Positions 1-7,755 of a stretch of 43,105 nucleotides of DNA are shown here, one piece after another. The stretch is from the NCBI GenBank assembly GCA_964013405.1, contig CAXGWI010000015.1:1-43105 (forward strand), read 5' to 3'. Origin of the DNA: an uncultured Myxococcales bacterium. Lineage in GTDB: Bacteria; Myxococcota; UBA4151. Position numbers and translations under genes: made by a program. The notes under the pieces are model-generated. The model searched no databases, was not told the origin of the DNA, and was given only the letters and a program-made list of their open reading frames with translations. Every line of letters starts with the position of its first letter. Position 1 is the stretch's first letter.

Positions 1-2
1 AC

Positions 3-1109
3 AGCTTCAAGGACATCAACAATCCTGATTACGACATGATCGTTTATGGCGGTCACTCCAATCTGGGGGGCAACACCCGGCGGAGTGTGGAAAATGCACC
101 GGAGGCTACGGGCGAGGGGAAACTGATCTTCCTCGGTTTGTGTTCGGGTAAGGACAATGTGGATCGGGTGCGCAAGGCCTTCCCAGATGCTCAACTGGTG
201 ACCACCTTCAACTCCTCCTATTTCACCAAGGGGGCGAAGGATGGCACCCAGTTCAGTGACGGTGAAGATGCTCGGGCCTTGAACGAGTTGATCAATGGGG
301 TGGTAGCCGAAGCCGATTGGCAAAGCATCTCTAAGGACATCAAGTCCAAGGCGGTGGGCTGGAATCACGGCAAAGAGCTGGGCAACTACATCACGCCCAT
401 CGACCTGCGGGTCAGCAACCGCTTGCGCGACAGTGACGCTGATGGGGTCGTTGACATCCAAGACAAGCACTTCAACTTGGATGTGCTGCCGGTCAAAGCC
501 CAACTGAACGCGGAGTTTGAAGCGAAGGCGCCGAAGGACGGAACCCTGAACGGTGACCTGCCGGCGACGGCCGCCTTCTTCGCCAACACGGTGGATCTCT
601 ACAATCCCACCTTCCGGGGCTTCAGCCATGAAGGGGCTGTCATCTCCGATGGTTACTTCAAAGGGGGTGCTGAGGAGCCAGTGGTTCGGTTTGAAACCAA
701 GACGGTCGACGGTCGAAAGGCCTACAGCATGCAAGTCAATGATCACTACAGCCACATGGGCGAGGAAGCGCTGCGGGCGGTGACCATGGTCGAGTACAAC
801 CGTCACCTGGCCAACACGGAGGCTGATTATCCCATCAAAGATCGAAAGATCGCCGAGCTCACCGGGCTTACGGCCGCTGCTGCCAGCTTAAAGTACGACC
901 ATGGCCGCCGGGATTCCTCGGTGTGGTATGGGCTCGTCAAGCATATGGGCTTGCCGGAGGGCGTGCACTACACCTCCATGCGGACGCTCATCATGAAGGA
1001 AAAGCACGACTACACGGGCTCCGAGAAAATTGCGCGGGCTTATCTTGAGAAGCTCGACCCGGAAACCCAGCAGGCGCTCACCGATCTCTACGCTGCGGAA
1101 TCGCCCTAG
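3..1109 (+). CDS. Hypothetical protein, 5'-truncated by the window edge
   Basis: Frame is open from position 3 (SFKDINNPDYD-MIVYGGHSNLGG...) to TAG at 1107-1109. Contains a Ca-binding-like DSDADGVVD motif. No family recognised. Confidence 0.8.
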   Translation, partial: SFKDINNPDYDMIVYGGHSNLGGNTRRSVENAPEATGEGKLIFLGLCSGKDNVDRVRKAFPDAQLVTTFNSSYFTKGAKDGTQFSDGEDARALNELINGVVAEADWQSISKDIKSKAVGWNHGKELGNYITPIDLRVSNRLRDSDADGVVDIQDKHFNLDVLPVKAQLNAEFEAKAPKDGTLNGDLPATAAFFANTVDLYNPTFRGFSHEGAVISDGYFKGGAEEPVVRFETKTVDGRKAYSMQVNDHYSHMGEEALRAVTMVEYNRHLANTEADYPIKDRKIAELTGLTAAAASLKYDHGRRDSSVWYGLVKHMGLPEGVHYTSMRTLIMKEKHDYTGSEKIARAYLEKLDPETQQALTDLYAAESP

Positions 1110-1171
1110 CGGGGAATAGTCTTCACACCGTGGTTGCTTCGTAAAGGCCGACTCGGCAGAGTGCCCGCACC

Positions 1172-2356
1172 ATGAATCGACCTCAGCTTTGTCCCAAATG
1201 CCGCACCCTCGTCGGCGTTGACGAAACCAGTTGCCACAAATGTGGTGCCAACCTTGGTGCTGCAGGTCGTTTCGTCCATGGAACCGTGCGCAGTTCCGTC
1301 GAGTTGGGCCAGGAAATCGCCTGGTGGCAGATCATCATGGGTGCGAACATCGCGCTGTTTATCGTAGGCCTCGGGCTGACTTTAAAGGCGACGGGAGACA
1401 TTGGCGGTCGGGGAATCTTCGCCATAGGGGCATCGACGGACATTCTTTTGCGGATGGGGATGCAGGAGAATTGGTTGGTGGGGGAAGGGGAGTGGTGGCG
1501 ATTGGTCACCTCGACCTTCTTGCACGGTGGCCTGCTTCACGTTGGCTTTAATATGTATTTTCTCGCCCAGTTGGGACCCGCGGCCGAAAAAATCTTCGGT
1601 CAGCGGGGCTTCCTGGTGATCTACGTCCTCGGCGGTGTGGTGGGTGGCCTTGTCCAGTTGGCGATGACCACAGCACCGGTGGTGGGCGCATCTGGCTGTC
1701 TAATGGCCCTGATCGGTGCCCTTGCCGGCTATGGTCGTTTGCAGTTTGGCAGTTGGACCAATCCACTGAGTCGAGACATGTTTCGAACGCTCATTTTTAT
1801 TACGCTGATCGGTTTGCTGCCAGGCCTGCACGCGGCTCATGGTTCACACATCGGTGGCTTTGTGGGTGGGATTGGGTTCCTCTTCCTCGTCCATGGATTG
1901 ATCAAGCGACGGCAGTTGAACATCTTGAGTTGGCTTGCTCGGGCTTCCGTCGGTGTCGTCCTGCTGTCCATGGTTTTGATGGTGATGGCTGCCCAGAAGA
2001 GGCTGCCGAACGAGTTTGTCGCCCTGAACGACTGTATGCGGTCTGCTTATATCAAAGGGCAGAGAGTGATCGATCGAGAGCGCGGTAAATCACGCCTAGG
2101 AACGAAGCGCGTTGGCGAAGACGGCGGTCGAGGAAAACGCGGGTTGGTGATTCCCCCAGAATGCCTAACGACGGACTATGGCTTCGGTGATGATGGCGAG
2201 GGCTACCGACAGGAAATGCGGGCGATCTTAGAAGATCTGAGGCCTGGTCCAGGCTTGGCGGGCCAAGAACAACGCCTCCAATCCCTGATGGGTCGCTACA
2301 AAGTCTGGCTGAACGGCTATTTTAAAGACCTCTACGGAATGAGTCTTTTTAAATGA
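1172..2356 (+). CDS. Rhomboid family intramembrane serine protease with N-terminal zinc-ribbon-like motif
   Basis: GEWWRLVTSTFLHGGLLHVGFNM, catalytic GASG and HIGG, several TM helices, N-terminal CPKC...CHKC. Confidence 0.92.
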   Translation: MNRPQLCPKCRTLVGVDETSCHKCGANLGAAGRFVHGTVRSSVELGQEIAWWQIIMGANIALFIVGLGLTLKATGDIGGRGIFAIGASTDILLRMGMQENWLVGEGEWWRLVTSTFLHGGLLHVGFNMYFLAQLGPAAEKIFGQRGFLVIYVLGGVVGGLVQLAMTTAPVVGASGCLMALIGALAGYGRLQFGSWTNPLSRDMFRTLIFITLIGLLPGLHAAHGSHIGGFVGGIGFLFLVHGLIKRRQLNILSWLARASVGVVLLSMVLMVMAAQKRLPNEFVALNDCMRSAYIKGQRVIDRERGKSRLGTKRVGEDGGRGKRGLVIPPECLTTDYGFGDDGEGYRQEMRAILEDLRPGPGLAGQEQRLQSLMGRYKVWLNGYFKDLYGMSLFK

Positions 2357-3579
2357 CGAAGCGATGGTGGTTGGTCGGCCTGGCTGGGCTCCTCGGGGTT
2401 GCGGTCCTGCTCATGTGGCAGACCCGTGGGTCCGACACCATGGTCAAAGCTGACCTCGCCGGCTGGGCCCTCCTCGAAGCGAAACCGCCGGCGGGGTTTC
2501 AAGCAGAATCCCCCGAGGGCCTCGCCCAATTGGTGGAACTGCAACTCTTTGCTCAGCGAATTGCTGGTGTCCAGGCAGCCTTTGGGCCGCTCTACCACCC
2601 CCAGCCATTGCCTTCCTCCTTCGGTTTGCCTGAGGTGGATGATGATCTCCTCAGAGGGGCGATCCCGCTGCTCCTGCGCCGGCAGCGGGGCCGCTGGGAC
2701 GAGGCCATGTTTTTGCCCCGCCTCGCCTATCTGCTCGAGCAACTCCAGGCCCGCTCCACGAAGCATTTCGCGGTGAGCCTGTTTCCCAGTCGGGTGCCGA
2801 TGCCCGGGGCTTTGACCGCGGTCATTCCAAAGGCCCAACTGTTTCTCCTCACCGGGCCCCGGGAAGCCCGTCAGTCAAAGGCGACCCGAGCGGCCTTCGA
2901 CTACCTTGTGGCTGAGGGGGGCCGCGTGCTTTGGGCCCAAACCAAGGCGAAGAATGCAGCCGATGCATCTGCCCTCCTGGTGTTGGCGAGCCTGAGCCAA
3001 AACGAAGAGACCGAGGCGGTTGTGATCGACCCGGCCGGCTTGGACGTGGAGGCCCAACTGAAAGCTCGGCTTCCCGGTGGACTACGTCTGCAGGCCATCG
3101 GCCAGGCCGGACAAATCCACTATGATGAGCAGTGGATGAGCGGTCCGGGGGCGAAGACGGTCCTGGAGCCGGCCTATCGTCAGAAGACCGCGGGATGGCT
3201 CAGTGCCGATGGTCGGGATCTGCTCATTCTCGTCGCCCATCAGCCGGGCCTGCCCATGCCGAGCCTGAAAGGCCTGACCCCCGAGCCCAGCCTCACGTTG
3301 ATCCCCCTCGGTAAGCCCGGGGAAATCGGCTTATCGCCCTTTGCGGCTCGATTGCCGGCCCTGCAGTTGCACAGGGCCCTTACCGGTGCCACCGACCATT
3401 GCGAACAGGTCCAAGAGATCCCCTGGATGGCGAGCTGTAGTATGAAGCGATTCCTTGAACCCGGGCGAGTCCGTGTCTATCTGCGCCTGAAGCCGCAGGC
3501 CGGCATCCCGGCCTTGGACGGTCTCGTCGGCCCGGCTGGATGGGGCCTTCGCTTGCAAAGTCCTCCGGAGGAGGACTAA
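2353..3579 (+). CDS. Hypothetical membrane-anchored/exported protein
   Basis: 408-aa ORF with ATGA overlap with the rhomboid stop and an N-terminal hydrophobic anchor (WWLVGLAGLLGVAVLLMW). Confidence 0.7.
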   Translation: MTKRWWLVGLAGLLGVAVLLMWQTRGSDTMVKADLAGWALLEAKPPAGFQAESPEGLAQLVELQLFAQRIAGVQAAFGPLYHPQPLPSSFGLPEVDDDLLRGAIPLLLRRQRGRWDEAMFLPRLAYLLEQLQARSTKHFAVSLFPSRVPMPGALTAVIPKAQLFLLTGPREARQSKATRAAFDYLVAEGGRVLWAQTKAKNAADASALLVLASLSQNEETEAVVIDPAGLDVEAQLKARLPGGLRLQAIGQAGQIHYDEQWMSGPGAKTVLEPAYRQKTAGWLSADGRDLLILVAHQPGLPMPSLKGLTPEPSLTLIPLGKPGEIGLSPFAARLPALQLHRALTGATDHCEQVQEIPWMASCSMKRFLEPGRVRVYLRLKPQAGIPALDGLVGPAGWGLRLQSPPEED

Positions 3580-3606
3580 GAGCCCGGACCCTTTCGTAGG
3601 GCATGT

Positions 3607-5142
3607 TTGGGAGTGAGCTTGGCGGAGGCAGAGGCGTCCTTCTCGGAATCGACCAAGCGGATCCTTCTGCTCGCTGTCCCCGCAGCTCTTGCCCTCGTCA
3701 CCCAGGGGGCCATCAATCAAGTCGATATGCTGTTTATCGGCCATCTGGGCGGGTCCTGGGACCCCATGTATTCCGGGGTCGATATCAGCGATGCTGCCCG
3801 CAACGAGCTGGCCACCAAGATCAAGGATGGTCAGGCAGCCATCGGAATCAGCATGAAGCTGCTCTGGTTGTATGCCGGCTTTCTGAGTTCCCTGGCCATT
3901 GGTACCCAAGCGATGGTCGCTCGTCGCTTTGGCGAGGGGGATCGGCCCATGGCGGGTGCGGTGGCCCTCAACTCCATCGCCGCGGCCTTCATCTCCAGCG
4001 TCTTCGTGACGGTGGTCGCCATCGTGCTGCTTCCCGCCTGCTTTGAGATGATCTCTGCCGGTGCTCTGGGGGTGATCGAACAAGGCGTTCTCTATGCTCG
4101 CATTCGCTTGCTGGCGATCGGTGTGATCGTCATGACCGCCAGCGTCCGGTCGTTCTTCGATGGCATTGGCCGAACCTATATCTTCATGTGGGTTGCGATC
4201 TTCATGAACACGCTGAACGTCGTGTTGGATTATGGCCTTGTTTTCGGTGCCTGGGGATTACCCAGAATGGAGGTCGAAGGGGCGGCTTGGGCCTCGGCGA
4301 TCTCTGCGGCGATTGGCCTGGTGGTGCTGTTCGGTTGGCTCTTCCTGAAAGACTATAAAGGCTATCAAGTCTTCCATTGGAAGCGCCTGCGCATCAAAAT
4401 GATGTGGCGGGTGGTGACCTTCAGTCTACCCAACGGGATTGCGACCGCCTTGATGACCCTGGGCTTCTTAGCCTTCGACAAGGTCATCGCAATGATCGAC
4501 GAGGTTCGAGTGGAGCGAGCGCTCACCGAAGCGGGCTACGTGGTGTCAAATCTATCGATGACCGCACGAACTGAAATCATGGATCAGTTGGGGACGGGGA
4601 CAGCGCTCTTCCAGAGTATCCACCAAGTGGTCATCGCGGTGATGATGCTCTTCTTCATGACCGGCTTTGGCTTTGGCAGCGCGGCCAGCACGCTGGTCAG
4701 CCACGAGCTGGGTGCTGGGCGCCTGCGTGGGGCTCGCCGGATCGGCTGGCGAACCGTCCTCGTGGGCGGCGTCATCGTTTCGCTTTTTGGTGTCCTTCTC
4801 GCCATCTTTCCAGCCCAGGTCGCGGCCATCTTTAATCCCCAGGATCCGGCCTTTCAGGCTGCAGCCGTCGCACCCCTTCGACTCGTGGGGCTTTGTGCCT
4901 TCCTGCCTGCGGGCGCACTGATCTTCTCCCAAGCCCTCTACAGCGCTGGCATGCCGGTCTTTGTGGCAGTGGTAACCACCGTGGGGATCGTTTGGCTCGT
5001 ACCCGGCTCTTATCTGTTGGGCATCACCTTCGACTTCGGTTTGTTCGGCGCTTGGATTGCCGCCATTGGCTTTACACTCATCCTGTTCGTGGCGATGGGC
5101 CTGATGTGGGTGTCGGACCGATGGAAGAAGATCGACATCTAG
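3607..5142 (+). CDS. MATE family efflux transporter (MOP superfamily)
   Basis: About 12 TM segments with MATE motifs VDMLFIGHLG, VARRFG, LNVVLDYGLVFGAWGLPRMEVEGAAWAS, GLFGAWIA. Start uncertain (3607/3613/3619). Confidence 0.9.
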   Translation: MGVSLAEAEASFSESTKRILLLAVPAALALVTQGAINQVDMLFIGHLGGSWDPMYSGVDISDAARNELATKIKDGQAAIGISMKLLWLYAGFLSSLAIGTQAMVARRFGEGDRPMAGAVALNSIAAAFISSVFVTVVAIVLLPACFEMISAGALGVIEQGVLYARIRLLAIGVIVMTASVRSFFDGIGRTYIFMWVAIFMNTLNVVLDYGLVFGAWGLPRMEVEGAAWASAISAAIGLVVLFGWLFLKDYKGYQVFHWKRLRIKMMWRVVTFSLPNGIATALMTLGFLAFDKVIAMIDEVRVERALTEAGYVVSNLSMTARTEIMDQLGTGTALFQSIHQVVIAVMMLFFMTGFGFGSAASTLVSHELGAGRLRGARRIGWRTVLVGGVIVSLFGVLLAIFPAQVAAIFNPQDPAFQAAAVAPLRLVGLCAFLPAGALIFSQALYSAGMPVFVAVVTTVGIVWLVPGSYLLGITFDFGLFGAWIAAIGFTLILFVAMGLMWVSDRWKKIDI

Positions 5143-5160
5143 CGGTTTCTGGGAGCGTTG

Positions 5161-7656
5161 ATGAGTGAAGAAGAAGAGCTAGAGACAGCGCCTCAAAAGC
5201 CAGCCCGTCGCTGGCTTAAGGTGCTCTTGATTCTCTTTCTGGTGGGCCTGCTCCTGGCCGCCGGTGCGGTGGGCGGAGTCATCTGGCACTTCAGCAAGGA
5301 CCTTCCCCGGGTCGATACTCTGGCCGAGTACCGGCCACCCCTGATCACTCGAGTCTACAGCCGAGATGGCGAACAACTGCTTGCTGAGTTCTGCGAGGAA
5401 CGTCGCACGCTGGTGCCTTATAAGGAGGTCCCCGAGCATGTTCGACATGCCTTTCTCGCCGCGGAAGATTCGGACTTCTTCAATCACGATGGCGTCGACT
5501 ATTTGGGCATCCTGAGAGCGGTATTTAAGAACCTTGTGCGCGGCGGCCGGGTCCAAGGCGCGTCGACCATTACCCAGCAGACCGCCCGGGCATTTTTGCT
5601 CCACCGGCGCAAAACCTACACCCGAAAGATTCGGGAGATCCTGCTGACCTGGAAGATCGAGGAACGGTTCAACAAGGAGGAGATTTTCTATCTGTACTTG
5701 AACCACATCTATTTCGGTGCCTGTTTGGAAGACGGCTTCGGTTGCTATGGGGTCCAAGAAGCCAGCCGCCGCTATTTCGGCAAAGATGTTCAGGAGCTGA
5801 CCTTGGCGGAGGGGGCCGTGCTCGCCTCCCTTCCCAAAGCACCGAACAAATACAACCCTCGGACAAGCCCCGATGAGGCCAAGAAGCGGCGAGACTGGGT
5901 GCTTTCGATGATGGTGAAGAAGAAGTTCGCTGCGGCCGATGCTGTGGCCGCAGCGAAGGAGGAACCCGTCCTCACTCGACCGACGCAGAACCCCTATTAC
6001 GAAAAGGCGCCTTATTATTCGGAGCACGTCCGGCAGATCCTCGAAGAAGAATACGGCCGGGAGACGCTCTACAAGGGGGGGCTCAACATCCGAGCAAGCG
6101 TGGATCTCGGGATGCAGCGAGCGGCGCGCAAAGCACTCATGACCGGGCTTGAGCGCGTGGATCGGGCCCAGGGCTATCGGGGCCCCCTTTACCGGCCGGC
6201 CGATGAGGCGGCCCAAGTGGCCCTCGGTAAGGCCATCGAAGCGACGGCCGTGCAGGGGGGGCAAATCCTCGACCTCCAAGGCTTGGCCGGCGAAGAGCCG
6301 CCCAAGGATGTGGCCGGGGCCATCCGCGTGGTGTCGGTCGCGCCGGGCTTGAGTGTGGGCGCACGAGTCACAGCGATCGAGAAACAAAAGACTCGGCGGG
6401 GGCGCCAGCGCTTCGGTCTCCTCGACATGGGAGGCGGGCGCAAAGGACGGGTGAATTTGAGCGAGCGGGCCTGGCAAAAGCCCTTGCCCGGACGGATGCC
6501 TAAAATCTGGGGCAATGGGCAGAGGCCCTACACTCGGATCAAGGCCGGGGACATCGTTTTGGTCCGCCTCACCAAGGTCAACGAGGACCAAAGTCTTGAG
6601 GCCCAGCTCATTCAAAAACCCCGGGTGCAAGGGGCCCTGATCGCCATCGACCCCCGCAGTCGGGACGTCCTCGCCATGGTGGGCGGCTACTCCTTCTTAG
6701 AGAGCCCTTTCAACCGGGCGGTCCAGAGCCGTCGCCAACCGGGATCGGCCTTCAAGCCCCTGGTCTATGCCGCCGGGATTCAAAGCCGGCGCTTCACGCC
6801 GGCGACCATGATCACCGATCAGCCGACGACCTTTCGAGATGCGGTCAAGGGAACCTCATGGAAGCCAAAGAATTACTCGGGGGCCTTCGAGGGGGATATC
6901 TCGGTGCGTTACTGCCTAACGTTCTCGAAGAACACCTGCTCCATTCAAATCGCCGAGAGCGTCGGTTACGACGCGATCAAGGGCCTGGCCCGATCCGTTG
7001 GCATCGAGAGCCGGCAGCCCAACGATCTGACCTTGTCTCTGGGGAGCGGTGAGGTCTTTCCCTTGGAACTGGCCAATGCCTACGCCACCCTCGCCGCCGG
7101 CGGGAAAGTAGCGAAGCCGATCTTCATCGCCCAGGTGGACGACCGATTTGGCGAACAACTCGAAGCCAACAAGGCGGAGTTGCGCCAGGTGGTCGATCCC
7201 GCCGTGAGCTATCTAACGTTGTCGCTTATGCGCTCGGTGGTGGAGAGCGGCACGGCCCAATCGGTCAAAGCCTTAAAACGGGACGTCGCCGGCAAAACTG
7301 GCACCACCAATGAGCAGCGCAGTGCGTGGTTTGTGGGCGCCGTTCCAGAGCTCGTGACGGCCGTCTACCTTGGCTTCGATAACAATGATCCCCTCGGTCC
7401 GGCCATGACGGGCGGCGGGATCGCCGCGCCGATCTGGTTGGAGTTTATGAAGGCCGCGTTGGACAAGGAGTCGAAGGAGCGCTTCGCCGTGCCGCCTGGC
7501 GTGGTCTTTGCGCGCATCGACCCGAAGACCGGGCTTCTGGCCCCCGAAGGCGCTGCTGGCGCGCGCCAGGAGACCTTCCTGACGGGCACAGCCCCGAAGG
7601 AGATGACTTCCATCGAGGAACAGACCGAAGCCGATCTGCTCGACGAAGAATACTAG
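5161..7656 (+). CDS. mrcA: Penicillin-binding protein 1A (bifunctional transglycosylase/transpeptidase)
   Basis: TM anchor. TG motifs AAEDSDFFNHDGVD, GASTITQQ, RKIRE. TP motifs SAFK, SKN, KTG. OB-like insertion between the domains. Confidence 0.93.
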   Translation: MSEEEELETAPQKPARRWLKVLLILFLVGLLLAAGAVGGVIWHFSKDLPRVDTLAEYRPPLITRVYSRDGEQLLAEFCEERRTLVPYKEVPEHVRHAFLAAEDSDFFNHDGVDYLGILRAVFKNLVRGGRVQGASTITQQTARAFLLHRRKTYTRKIREILLTWKIEERFNKEEIFYLYLNHIYFGACLEDGFGCYGVQEASRRYFGKDVQELTLAEGAVLASLPKAPNKYNPRTSPDEAKKRRDWVLSMMVKKKFAAADAVAAAKEEPVLTRPTQNPYYEKAPYYSEHVRQILEEEYGRETLYKGGLNIRASVDLGMQRAARKALMTGLERVDRAQGYRGPLYRPADEAAQVALGKAIEATAVQGGQILDLQGLAGEEPPKDVAGAIRVVSVAPGLSVGARVTAIEKQKTRRGRQRFGLLDMGGGRKGRVNLSERAWQKPLPGRMPKIWGNGQRPYTRIKAGDIVLVRLTKVNEDQSLEAQLIQKPRVQGALIAIDPRSRDVLAMVGGYSFLESPFNRAVQSRRQPGSAFKPLVYAAGIQSRRFTPATMITDQPTTFRDAVKGTSWKPKNYSGAFEGDISVRYCLTFSKNTCSIQIAESVGYDAIKGLARSVGIESRQPNDLTLSLGSGEVFPLELANAYATLAAGGKVAKPIFIAQVDDRFGEQLEANKAELRQVVDPAVSYLTLSLMRSVVESGTAQSVKALKRDVAGKTGTTNEQRSAWFVGAVPELVTAVYLGFDNNDPLGPAMTGGGIAAPIWLEFMKAALDKESKERFAVPPGVVFARIDPKTGLLAPEGAAGARQETFLTGTAPKEMTSIEEQTEADLLDEEY

Positions 7657-7659
7657 GCC

Positions 7660-7687
7660 TAAACAACCCAGACTTAACCGTCGATGT
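7660..7687 (+). promoter_or_regulatory. Putative sigma28 (FliA/SigD) promoter
   Basis: TAAA-N16-GTCGATGT against the SigD consensus TAAA-N16-GCCGATAT (4/4 and 6/8 matches), directly upstream of a flagellin gene. Confidence 0.7.
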
Positions 7688-7709
7688 TGGTAGTGGAGGC
7701 TTGTTCTCC

Positions 7710-7750
7710 CTGCTCCAAGGATGGAGCGGTTGGATCTCAAGGAAGAGGTC
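7710..7750 (+). promoter_or_regulatory. Two GGA-loop hairpins, putative CsrA-binding sites in the flagellin 5' UTR
   Basis: CTGCTCCA-AGGA-TGGAGCGG (7710-7729) and GATCTC-AAGGAA-GAGGTC (7733-7750). The second covers the Shine-Dalgarno region and ends 5 nt before ATG 7756. Confidence 0.65.
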
Positions 7751-7755
7751 GTAAG

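Noticed and set aside
5179..6630. 483-aa antisense ORF, and similar long shadow ORFs (8623-9747, 12471-13910, 19404-20396)
   Set aside because: They lie opposite well-supported genes, have no motifs, and are expected from codon bias in GC-rich DNA.
7684..7755. Upstream start for the flagellin
   Set aside because: It overlaps the predicted promoter and UTR. ATG 7756 has an RBS and gives the canonical flagellin N-terminus.
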